Of a stretch of DNA of 64,000 nt, positions 46,450 through 55,463 are shown in pieces (the first letter of the stretch is position 1; every line of letters starts with the position of its first letter). The stretch is from a virus (lineage: Duplodnaviria; Caudoviricetes). The position numbers were made by a program, and so were the translations under genes. A model generated the notes under the pieces. That model did not search any database. It was not told the DNA's origin and was given only the letters and a program-made list of their open reading frames with translations. Location: the IMG/VR virus record IMGVR_UViG_3300013121_000028, positions 38,496 to 102,495 of that record. One strand, written 5' to 3'.

Positions 46450-46935
46450 TTAATTTTTTGATTTAATAATTTTATATGTAATAAATCCACCGATAGCTAA
46501 TACAGCAATTCCTAATCCGATAGCCAATCCTTTTGGCATACCTAAAATTTTACCATCACCATCATCAATACCTTTACCCAAATTATCATCAGATGATGAA
46601 TCAGCCCTTCCTTGTTTATATTCCTGTTGAGTGGCATATTGTTGTTTTATTTCTTCAAGTTCTCTTTTTGCTCTTTCAAGCTCTGCTGTTTTTTCTTGAG
46701 CAGATGCCTTTGCGTTTGCAACTTCATCATTATATCTTTTCAAACAGTCATTATACTCCTTCATTTTTTGTTTTTGTCTTTTTCTACCAATCAAAGCTCC
46801 ACCTAATCCGAATATAGGTGCTATGTTAATTGGTTTTTTGCAACCCGTAATTTGTCTTAAACTTTTTCTTGAAGTTATTTCAGAATAACTGTTTTCAAAA
46901 TCAGTTGTGTTTAATGTATCTGTTGTTTCAATCAT
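46450..46935 (-). CDS. GMPK-anchor family membrane protein
   Basis: CKKP...YNDCL, coiled coil, KILGMPK-TM-basic tail. Confidence 0.75.
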   Translation of the reverse strand: MIETTDTLNTTDFENSYSEITSRKSLRQITGCKKPINIAPIFGLGGALIGRKRQKQKMKEYNDCLKRYNDEVANAKASAQEKTAELERAKRELEEIKQQYATQQEYKQGRADSSSDDNLGKGIDDGDGKILGMPKGLAIGLGIAVLAIGGFITYKIIKSKN

Positions 46936-46965
46936 GACTTCTATTATTATTATTAGTATAATTAA

Positions 46966-47952
46966 TTATTTTTTTGCAATAAACTTTTTGTAAACTATAA
47001 ATCCGCCAACAGCCAAAATAGCAATACCCAACCCTATTGCCAATCCTTTTGGCATACCAAGTATTTTATCATCACCATCATTATTATCAACATCAGTTGA
47101 ATCAATACCTGTATTATCTAACGGTAAACCTTTATCTCTATCAGATTTAACAGCATCAATTATTTTAGCCAATTCCTGTGCATTAACAACGGGTGCTGTA
47201 TCTCCTGCAATTTGATTTTCATAGCTTTGAGATTCAGAACTACCATCTTTAAATGGATTTTTCTTTGCTCTTGTTGTAGCTATAAGACCTATAATTGAAG
47301 CGACTACGGGTAATCCCGCAATTATATATGTTGATACAGCAACTTCTTCTGAACCTGTTGGATAAGCATAAGTTTCATAAAGGCTATCGTAATCACCATT
47401 AAATGTTGATGTACGCTCTTTTCTTGCCTTTGATTTTTTTGTTTTAAAAACAGGTTTATTCCAAGCACCCGAAATAGCTTCTCTTAACTTTTCTCTATTT
47501 CCACCAATCTTATCTTCCCAAAAATTAGCAACCTTCTCCCATGCTCTTTTTGCGTTTTGAGCATTTTCAATATCAAAATTGTATTTTATTAAATCTTCAT
47601 CACTCAAAAATGCAGGATAAAGTCTTGATGAAATACCAAATAAATTAACCCTAAATGCAAGTAAAGCAGAACTTCTCGGTACAGCAACAGCAGGGTTATA
47701 TGTCAAAAACGTCGCTTTAAGACCTCTTTTAAGGTTATCATTATGAACAATGTCCTTTGTTGTTTGCTTAATATTTTTACCCGCATCCTTTAGTGTTCCC
47801 TTAATATTCTTCCCCGCATCAGAAACAGCTTTTTTAAATTTTGCTCTGCGTTTTTTCTGACCTTCAGTTTCTTTGCCAATACCCAATAAACGAAAATTAG
47901 AAAAATCTTCATCTAACAAATTACCATTTATGACATCTAAATTGTTTTTCAT
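46966..47952 (-). CDS. GMPK-anchor family membrane protein, tandem paralogue
   Basis: near-duplicate of 47953-48963 over the N-terminal ~190 aa. Confidence 0.75.
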   Translation of the reverse strand: MKNNLDVINGNLLDEDFSNFRLLGIGKETEGQKKRRAKFKKAVSDAGKNIKGTLKDAGKNIKQTTKDIVHNDNLKRGLKATFLTYNPAVAVPRSSALLAFRVNLFGISSRLYPAFLSDEDLIKYNFDIENAQNAKRAWEKVANFWEDKIGGNREKLREAISGAWNKPVFKTKKSKARKERTSTFNGDYDSLYETYAYPTGSEEVAVSTYIIAGLPVVASIIGLIATTRAKKNPFKDGSSESQSYENQIAGDTAPVVNAQELAKIIDAVKSDRDKGLPLDNTGIDSTDVDNNDGDDKILGMPKGLAIGLGIAILAVGGFIVYKKFIAKK

Positions 47953-48963
47953 TTATTTTTTCGCAATAAATTTTTTATAAACTATAAATCCACCGATAGC
48001 TAATACCGCTATACCTAATCCGATAGCTAATCCTTTTGGCATACCAAGTATTTTATCATCAGCATCACCGTTACCATCGCCTGAATCAGCATCACTTAAA
48101 TCAATACCTGTATCATCTTTAGGCAAACCCTTCGCTTTATCCGATTGTGCAGAAGCTATAATATTATTTAATTGCCCTTGATTTACAGGAGGCATAGATT
48201 GACCTGCCATCTGATTATCAAAAGCTTGTGCTTCAGGACTTCCTTCATTATATGGATTTTTCTTTGCTCCTTTATCAGAAATAATTTTAACTATACCGCC
48301 AACGACACTTAAACCCGCACTAATATAACCTGCAATAGCAGAAGCACCACCATCTGTATAATTAGAATAATCTTCATAACCATCATAACTTGATGTACTT
48401 CTTTTTCTCGCCTGTGATTTTTTTGTTTTAAAAACAGGTTTATTCCAAGCACCTGAAATAGCTTCTCTTAATTTATTTCTATCACCACCAATTTTATCTT
48501 CCCAAAAATTTGCTACTGATTCCCAAGCTTTCTTTGCATTTTGAGCGTTTTCAATATTGAAGTTATACTTTATTAAATCTTCTTCATTTAGAAAAGCAGG
48601 ATATAACCTTGATGAAATACCAAATAAATTAACCCTAAACGCAAGTAAAGCGGAACTTCTTGGTATAGCGATAGCAGGATTATATGTCAAAAATGTCGCT
48701 TTAAGACCTTTTTTAAGGTTTTGATTATGAGTAATATCTTTTGTTGTTTGCTTGATATTTTTACCCGCATCTTTTAATGTTCCCTTAATATTCTTTCCCG
48801 CATCAGATAAAGATTTTTTAAATCTCGCTTTACGTTTTTTCTGAGCTTCTGTTTCTTTACCTATACCCAAAAAACGAAAATTAGAAAAATCTTCATCTAA
48901 TTTTTCCACATTGAGATTATCCATCCCATGAAGATATTTTTGTAATTGACGTTTTGATTCCAT
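47953..48963 (-). CDS. GMPK-anchor family membrane protein, tandem paralogue
   Basis: RSSALLAFRVNLFGISSRLYPAF domain; KILGMPK-TM-KKFIAKK. Confidence 0.75.
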   Translation of the reverse strand: MESKRQLQKYLHGMDNLNVEKLDEDFSNFRFLGIGKETEAQKKRKARFKKSLSDAGKNIKGTLKDAGKNIKQTTKDITHNQNLKKGLKATFLTYNPAIAIPRSSALLAFRVNLFGISSRLYPAFLNEEDLIKYNFNIENAQNAKKAWESVANFWEDKIGGDRNKLREAISGAWNKPVFKTKKSQARKRSTSSYDGYEDYSNYTDGGASAIAGYISAGLSVVGGIVKIISDKGAKKNPYNEGSPEAQAFDNQMAGQSMPPVNQGQLNNIIASAQSDKAKGLPKDDTGIDLSDADSGDGNGDADDKILGMPKGLAIGLGIAVLAIGGFIVYKKFIAKK

Positions 48964-48975
48964 AAACTTAATTAA

Positions 48976-49392
48976 TTAAAATCTTTTAAAACCACGAAAC
49001 ATTCTTGGTTGATTAAAATAATTGTTATTATTATTAATCGGCATAGACGATTGTGGTTGGCTTTGTGTTGCTTGATTTGGTAAAGTTGGTAAAGGTAAAG
49101 CATTGTGTTTTTCCCAACCTTTTACCATTTGACCTTGACCTGACATAACATTTGTTAGTTGGCTTTGTGTCGCTTGAATAGTAGCAATATCATCCTTATG
49201 TTTATTACCTAATCCTTTTCCCCAACCAAAATTTTTACCTTTATTTTCTTTTACTTTTTTCTTCTTCTTTTTTCCAAACCCAAGAAAATCAGATTTTTCA
49301 TCTGATGATTCACCTTTACGTTTATTCCAAACATAAAGACCGATTCCCGCAACCGCAAGTACACCAAGTCCAATTAATACTTTTTTATTCAT
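48976..49392 (-). CDS. N-anchored membrane protein
   Basis: MNKKVLIGLGVLAVAGIGLY, identical to the N-terminus of 49450-49977. Confidence 0.7.
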   Translation of the reverse strand: MNKKVLIGLGVLAVAGIGLYVWNKRKGESSDEKSDFLGFGKKKKKKVKENKGKNFGWGKGLGNKHKDDIATIQATQSQLTNVMSGQGQMVKGWEKHNALPLPTLPNQATQSQPQSSMPINNNNNYFNQPRMFRGFKRF

Positions 49393-49449
49393 TTTGTTTA
49401 TTTTTTTAAGTTGATTGTTTATGTTTATTTATTGTTGTTTGTTGTTTAT

Positions 49450-49977
49450 TTAAAAGTTAGCAGGGTTTACCATTAAAGTATTTGATTGTAATGATGTTGG
49501 TGTATTTGCTATTGAAGCTCTGATGTTTTTAACCCTAATAACACGACTACTACCATCACCACCATAATAAAAATTAGGAATATACGGAGTAGCTACCGAA
49601 GCAACACGCCTTCCTTGAAATATTGGTGCATTATTATCAACACTATTTAAATATCTTGGACATTCAGCTTTATACGGACATGAACCACAATCACCATCAA
49701 CTCCTGAAGCCGTAGCAGTAGATGTTCCTACGGGTTTTGGTTTATTACAACAACTTGCAACTCCTCTTTTAGTACACGCAATTTGGTCTGACGTACAAGA
49801 AACTTGGTTTAAAATACCTGTACCTAAACCAACACCAATACTACCTAAACTTCCTATCGCATTAGATTTATTTTCATCAGATGATGTTTCTCCGTCTTTA
49901 CGACGTTTATTAATGATATATAGACCGATACCCGCAACTGCAAGAACCCCTAATCCTATTAATACTTTTTTATTCAT
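49450..49977 (-). CDS. N-anchored Cys-containing membrane protein
   Basis: same N-terminal anchor; seven Cys in two clusters. Confidence 0.7.
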   Translation of the reverse strand: MNKKVLIGLGVLAVAGIGLYIINKRRKDGETSSDENKSNAIGSLGSIGVGLGTGILNQVSCTSDQIACTKRGVASCCNKPKPVGTSTATASGVDGDCGSCPYKAECPRYLNSVDNNAPIFQGRRVASVATPYIPNFYYGGDGSSRVIRVKNIRASIANTPTSLQSNTLMVNPANF

Positions 49978-49988
49978 ATTATTTGTGT

Positions 49989-51218
49989 TTATTTTTTAGC
50001 AATAAATTTTTTGTAAACTATGAATCCACCAACAGCCAAAATCGCAATACCTAACCCTATTGCCAATCCTTTTGGCATACCTAAAATCTTTTCTTCATCA
50101 TCAGGGATACCATCACCATCTTCATCAACACCTTCTTCATCATCTTCAGTTTCTTCACCTGCACTTTCATCATCTTTTGAACCCGCACCATCTTCATCAC
50201 CTTTTTCCATTAAATCCTTAATTTCAGAGTCGTCTGCTTCATTTTCTTGAGGCTCATTACCCGCATCAGCACTTGCCTCTTGTTCGTATTGAGCATATTC
50301 TTCACTACCTTCTGCATAGGGATTTTCATCTGCTTTATTTCTATTGAATAAACCTTTTAACCAAGCAAAGAAAGCACGAATACCTTTTACTTCTTCCTCT
50401 TGTGATGGAACTTCTTCTTCCCCTGTTTCTTCATTATAAACACCTTCTGATGAATTTACTTCTTCTCCATCAACACCATAAAATTCAATATTAGGATTTG
50501 TAAGATTAGTGTAATTTGAAGGGGTATAATAAGCGTATAAAGCATAACTATCATCTCCATTAAACGACTTATATGGTGCTTTCAAAAATCTTTTTGAATG
50601 TCCTTGAATAATTGCATTTTTTAAATCTTTTTCATCACCACCAAGAGATACCCATTGTTTTACAACATCATTATACATATTTCTTGTTTTAGAAACATGG
50701 CTCTTTTTGTATTTTCTTTTTGCTACATTACCATCACTTGCAACTGCGGGATATAATCTTGAAGCTGTTCCGTGAATATTATTCTTAATATTGAATAATA
50801 TACCCTTTCTCATTACTCCACGAAGTTTATTTCTTAGTTTTTTACCTGCATTACCAACTCTTTCTTTTATAGAAACAATTCTTTTCTTAACTCCCTCTCT
50901 TATTTTCTTAGTGCTTTTCTTAACTTTTTCTTTTAATTTAGTTGTGCTTTTTTTAACGCTTTCCTTAACTTTCTTAATCACACTTTTACGGTTAGGGTCG
51001 TTAATACAAGCTTTGTATCTTGCCTTTGCATCAACACACGATTGATTAGTTACTGTTTTTACAGTAGGAACATTTACGCATATTTGTCTTTTACCGACTT
51101 TTCTGCAATTTCTTTTTGTTCCCATTACTCTTTTTCTAACAGAGCAAACAGGTGGTAAACCACAACCTGATGCGTTTGAAAAATCGTTATCTAATAAATT
51201 TGAATTTAGTGTGTCCAT
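49989..51218 (-). CDS. GMPK-anchor family membrane protein
   Basis: Cys hairpin, basic helix, SRLYPA domain, acidic linker, KILGMPK-TM. Confidence 0.75.
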   Translation of the reverse strand: MDTLNSNLLDNDFSNASGCGLPPVCSVRKRVMGTKRNCRKVGKRQICVNVPTVKTVTNQSCVDAKARYKACINDPNRKSVIKKVKESVKKSTTKLKEKVKKSTKKIREGVKKRIVSIKERVGNAGKKLRNKLRGVMRKGILFNIKNNIHGTASRLYPAVASDGNVAKRKYKKSHVSKTRNMYNDVVKQWVSLGGDEKDLKNAIIQGHSKRFLKAPYKSFNGDDSYALYAYYTPSNYTNLTNPNIEFYGVDGEEVNSSEGVYNEETGEEEVPSQEEEVKGIRAFFAWLKGLFNRNKADENPYAEGSEEYAQYEQEASADAGNEPQENEADDSEIKDLMEKGDEDGAGSKDDESAGEETEDDEEGVDEDGDGIPDDEEKILGMPKGLAIGLGIAILAVGGFIVYKKFIAKK

Positions 51219-51237
51219 AGTAATATATATTATTTTT

Positions 51238-52350
51238 TTATGACTTCATTATTTTTCTAATAACCATAAATGTTCCTAAAGCCAATACAGCCACTCCAAC
51301 TGTGATGGCAACATCTTTTGGCATACCGAGTATTTTGTTTTCCTCAACAGGTAATCTTTTTGAAGTTGTTGGTCTTGATTTTGCTGATTTTCGTGATTTT
51401 TTCTTTTTCTTTGGTTTACCACTTTCTTCTGCTTCATCATCCGTTTCAATTTCAGTTTCAGTTTCTTCTGTTTCAGTTTCAACTTCTTCTTGAGTAGGTT
51501 TTGTATTACAACCACGTTTTATCCAACTATTAATAGCACTTTGAGGTGCATTACCAAAAGTTTGACCTGCAATAATTCCATATTCATCACTCAATTCCTG
51601 ACAAGTCCACTCTTGATATTCATCAAAAGGTTGTTCAGGTTCAGTTGGTTGTGGTGGCGGTGGTGGTGGTGTGTAATACGTCGGTGGTGGTGGAGTCGGT
51701 TGTTCAATAGGCAACAAACCTTTTGACATCATCTTTAATTCCTGTAATCCACCATTACGTTTAAATTCTCTCCATTGTTTTCTCCAACCCGAAACCCACT
51801 TAAAACGAGGCATATTAACACAAACTTCTTCCGCTTCTGTATATGCTTGAGGAACTTGAATAGTTTTACATTCTTGTCTTGTACCGCCAATAAATCCACC
51901 TAAACATTTTTCTTTACGTTCAGTACATTCAAGTTTTAAATTCCATTTAACACAAACTGATGAACAGTTTATGTTTGAATCCCAATGAGTATATGGAACA
52001 TTAACACAAACTTCTTTATCTACCATTCTTACTTTTGGTACTTGAACGGTAGCACATTTTCTTACTGTTGTTGATTCAATATGAGCCTTCCCATATTGAG
52101 ATTTCATTTCGGCTTTTTTTGCACGAACTAATTGTCTGAACTTAGGTAAATCAGTTTGCGACGTATCTCCTACCTCACCTTCTTCATTTTCATATTCAGT
52201 ATAATCTTCATTTTCTGTTTCAGCTTCTCCCTCTGCCTCACCTTCTGTATCACCAATAGCATTATGATAACCATACCTGTTATTACGGATATAATTATTA
52301 GCCATTAAGCTACTATCAAGTAAATTATTATTTATCGGGTCAAAGCTCAT
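51238..52350 (-). CDS. GMPK-anchor family membrane protein
   Basis: Cys/Val beta-hairpin, poly-Pro, CQELS...GCNTKP module, KILGMPK-TM. Confidence 0.75.
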   Translation of the reverse strand: MSFDPINNNLLDSSLMANNYIRNNRYGYHNAIGDTEGEAEGEAETENEDYTEYENEEGEVGDTSQTDLPKFRQLVRAKKAEMKSQYGKAHIESTTVRKCATVQVPKVRMVDKEVCVNVPYTHWDSNINCSSVCVKWNLKLECTERKEKCLGGFIGGTRQECKTIQVPQAYTEAEEVCVNMPRFKWVSGWRKQWREFKRNGGLQELKMMSKGLLPIEQPTPPPPTYYTPPPPPPQPTEPEQPFDEYQEWTCQELSDEYGIIAGQTFGNAPQSAINSWIKRGCNTKPTQEEVETETEETETEIETDDEAEESGKPKKKKKSRKSAKSRPTTSKRLPVEENKILGMPKDVAITVGVAVLALGTFMVIRKIMKS

Positions 52351-52370
52351 ATTAATGATGATTATGATTA

Positions 52371-52919
52371 TTATTTTTTAGCGATAACTTTCTTATAAAC
52401 TAAAAAGCCACCGATTAAAGCAACAGCTATTCCCAAACCAATTACTACACCTTTTGGCATACCAAATATTTTTCCATCACCATTATCACTACCGCTATCT
52501 TCTGATTCAAAAGCTTCATCATCATCAGATGATTCTCTTTGAGCAGAATCATCATCATTTGTTGGTTTTGCTTTAACAGGTGCTTGTTTTGGTGTAGGTT
52601 TTGGTACAGGTGTATGAGCAGATTCATCAGATGCCGTGTTTGATGGTTTTGTATTACAACCACGACGTATCCAACTATTTCTTACTTTTTCATCAGCAGT
52701 ACCAAATGATTGACCTGCGATAATACCAAACTTATTACTCAAATCCTGACAACTTAATTCATCATATTCATTTTGAGTATCAGAAGTTTCGGGTAACATT
52801 GACCTTATACCTCCTGCAATAGTTGCAGTTTGTAAAGCTATCGGTGCTTCAAGTACAGCTACTCTTGCACCATCAAAACCAAATAAATCTGTGTTATTAT
52901 TAATTAAATCTGTTTGCAT
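52371..52919 (-). CDS. GMPK-anchor family membrane protein
   Basis: CQDLS...GCNTKP module; KIFGMPK-TM. Confidence 0.75.
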   Translation of the reverse strand: MQTDLINNNTDLFGFDGARVAVLEAPIALQTATIAGGIRSMLPETSDTQNEYDELSCQDLSNKFGIIAGQSFGTADEKVRNSWIRRGCNTKPSNTASDESAHTPVPKPTPKQAPVKAKPTNDDDSAQRESSDDDEAFESEDSGSDNGDGKIFGMPKGVVIGLGIAVALIGGFLVYKKVIAKK

Positions 52920-52955
52920 TTTATGTATGTTTTTAATGATTAACGAAAATTATTA

Positions 52956-53483
52956 TTAGGCATTTTTAGCTTTAACAATCTTATAAGCAACAAGTCCCAA
53001 TACAGCAACTCCTAAAGCAACACCAATACCTATTGCTAATCCTTTTGGCATACCAAGTATTTTATCATCACCATCATCAGATGAACCACCTCTGTTTTTA
53101 TACGAAGATGCTTCAGCCTCTTTTGCTCTTGCTTCTGCTTCAAGTCTTGCTTTTTCAAGCTCAAATTGTCTTTTTCTTTCTTCTCTATCTAAACAGGCAC
53201 GGAAATCATTCCATTTACGTTTGTTTAACGGATTTTCTCTAATCAAAGGCTTTTTACAAGTACCCTGAGATGCTCTGTTTTGAGAAATACCCGAAGCAAC
53301 AGCAGTAGTTAATTGCAAACCTGCCTGAATAGTTTCAGGATTTACATATTGTGAAGCATCACCACCACTATAATTTTGATTACTACCGTAGGCGTAAAAC
53401 ATTTGACCGTTTTTATACCTTTCACCTGTCATAGACGGTGTGTTTAGTATATCTCCTTTGTTTAATAGATTTTCGTTAAGCAT
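52956..53483 (-). CDS. GMPK-anchor family membrane protein
   Basis: CKKP...FRACL, coiled coil, KILGMPK-TM. Confidence 0.75.
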   Translation of the reverse strand: MLNENLLNKGDILNTPSMTGERYKNGQMFYAYGSNQNYSGGDASQYVNPETIQAGLQLTTAVASGISQNRASQGTCKKPLIRENPLNKRKWNDFRACLDREERKRQFELEKARLEAEARAKEAEASSYKNRGGSSDDGDDKILGMPKGLAIGIGVALGVAVLGLVAYKIVKAKNA

Positions 53484-53514
53484 TGTTTTATATTTTAGTT
53501 TTACTTTTTATTTT

Positions 53515-54093
53515 TTATGGAGTTAAATCCAAACTTTTAATTGATTCACCTACTGTTGATGATGATGCTGTTGCGGTTGATGCGGTTGCTGATGCGACAT
53601 CACTACTACTGCTTGATGTTTTACCTTTTCCACCTTTACCAAACTTCTTATATAATAAGTATCCACCAACAGCTAAAGCAACTAATCCTAAACCGATAGC
53701 TAATCCTTTTGGCATACCTAATATTTTACCATCATCACTCTTTTCTTTTGATTTACCATTACCACCATAATTTTTGTTAGGTAAATTATGGGAAAAGTTA
53801 TCATCAGAATTATTATCAGTAGCATTATTATTTCTTTCAATTCTACCCGTGTTTTGGTAATTCTTAGTAGGGTCGTTAATAGGCTGTTGCATTTGTGGTG
53901 GCATTTGCATTTGTTGTTGCATTTGTGGAGGCATTTGCATTTGCTGACCACCATCTGCATTATTCATATTATTACCATTACCTTGTTCCATATTCGGATT
54001 TTGTGCTACTTGTGCTGTTTTTTGTAGTCTTTCGCTTTTCAAATTATTTGATACGTTTTCGTCAAGTAAATTTGCGTTTGATAATTGTGTCAT
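53515..54093 (-). CDS. GMPK-anchor family membrane protein
   Basis: Q/M/N low-complexity region; KILGMPK-TM followed by an S/T-rich tail. Confidence 0.75.
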   Translation of the reverse strand: MTQLSNANLLDENVSNNLKSERLQKTAQVAQNPNMEQGNGNNMNNADGGQQMQMPPQMQQQMQMPPQMQQPINDPTKNYQNTGRIERNNNATDNNSDDNFSHNLPNKNYGGNGKSKEKSDDGKILGMPKGLAIGLGLVALAVGGYLLYKKFGKGGKGKTSSSSSDVASATASTATASSSTVGESIKSLDLTP

Positions 54094-54135
54094 AGTTTTG
54101 ATTTTTTTGGTTTGTTATTATTTTATTTGATTGAT

Positions 54136-54684
54136 TTATTGGTTTGTTTGAAATTCTAAATTTCCTTTTATTACATTTCTTCCTTTTGGTATTATGTTTG
54201 ATGCAAAATTTGTAAGATTATTTTTTAAAATATCCTCAAAAACATCTACATCACTCTCTTTTATACCATAATTTAATAAAACTTCTTTCTTTGTTTTAAT
54301 ATTACCCTTAGTGTCCCACTTTCCGTCTTTTTTTGCATTAATAAACCCAACTAAAACATGATAAAATTTTTGTTTTTTATAATCATCTATATCAATAGTG
54401 TTATTTAGTGCTGATAAGTATGATTTCAATTCATCTTCAGTATTAGCATCAACTTTTTGTGCCATACTGATTAGTTCATCTTCAGTTATATTTTTACTAA
54501 CTGATTTTCCTTTTGATAAATCAATACCTAAACCAAGACCTAACCCTATTCCGCCACCAATCAACAATGTTTTAGTTAATTCTAAACCTTTATCTTTTCC
54601 CAATGTTTTTAAATAAACATAAGCTAATGCAGTACCGCAAACGATACCCCAAACTGTCGCATATTTATATATTGGTTTATTCAT
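54136..54684 (-). CDS. membrane protein with N-terminal TM hairpin
   Basis: two Gly-rich hydrophobic segments, then a helical domain. Confidence 0.6.
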   Translation of the reverse strand: MNKPIYKYATVWGIVCGTALAYVYLKTLGKDKGLELTKTLLIGGGIGLGLGLGIDLSKGKSVSKNITEDELISMAQKVDANTEDELKSYLSALNNTIDIDDYKKQKFYHVLVGFINAKKDGKWDTKGNIKTKKEVLLNYGIKESDVDVFEDILKNNLTNFASNIIPKGRNVIKGNLEFQTNQ

Positions 54685-54698
54685 TTTTAATTATTTTA

Positions 54699-55433
54699 TT
54701 AGAAACCTAATTTTGCACGGTATTTATACGCCATAAATCCTGCAACAGCAATAAGAGCTACGATTCCTACTTTAGCACCCATTGACATTCCATCATCTGA
54801 TTTTGTTTCAACAACAGTTTGTTTAGTAACAACTCCCGTAGGTGTTGTCTGTGTTGTTGTTGTTGTTTTTGTTGATGATGTTGTGCTTGGTTTTGAAGCC
54901 ATTGGCATACCGCCTCCGCCACCACCCATAGGCATAACAGGCATACCTGTTGGTTTTGGTGCTGTCGTTGTAGTGGTAGTAGGTTGAGTAACTGTTGTTA
55001 CAGTTTGTGTTGGTGTTGGTGATGGAGTTGCCATTACAACAGGTTCAGCATAAATTATACTTTGTAAATTTCCTTGTGGATTAGCAGGTGAAGCATACGG
55101 AGGTAAAGCCTCTGCTACAACAACTGCTTCAGCAGGTACAAATGTCTGTGAAGGTGCAGGTGCAAATGCCTGTGAAGGTGCAGGTGCATTTTCTGCTGAT
55201 AATGTTGGTACAATAGAAGCTGTTGGTGCAACTTCAGCAACCGTTTGAATTGGTGCAGGTGCAACTTCAGCAATCGTTTGAATTGGTGCGGGTGATGATA
55301 CAGTTTCAACCATCATCGGAGATGCCACAGGTTGTAACGAAGCTGTATCCATCATCATCATTTCACCGTTAGCACCATAAAATACATTAACGGGTTGAAA
55401 TTTTGCAAATTTATCTGAAACAATTCTTCTCAT
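54699..55433 (-). CDS. mucin-like Pro/Thr/Ala-rich protein with C-terminal TM
   Basis: APAP and TTTT tracts; DDGMS + TM + YKYR (divergent anchor). Confidence 0.7.
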   Translation of the reverse strand: MRRIVSDKFAKFQPVNVFYGANGEMMMMDTASLQPVASPMMVETVSSPAPIQTIAEVAPAPIQTVAEVAPTASIVPTLSAENAPAPSQAFAPAPSQTFVPAEAVVVAEALPPYASPANPQGNLQSIIYAEPVVMATPSPTPTQTVTTVTQPTTTTTTAPKPTGMPVMPMGGGGGGMPMASKPSTTSSTKTTTTTQTTPTGVVTKQTVVETKSDDGMSMGAKVGIVALIAVAGFMAYKYRAKLGF

Positions 55434-55463
55434 TTTATTTAATTTTTTTAAATGTTATTATTA

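Noticed and set aside
53885-53945. Tandem QMQMPPQMQQ repeat, and poly-Pro/poly-Thr tracts elsewhere
   Set aside because: Ordinary in-frame low-complexity expansions with no sign of phase variation
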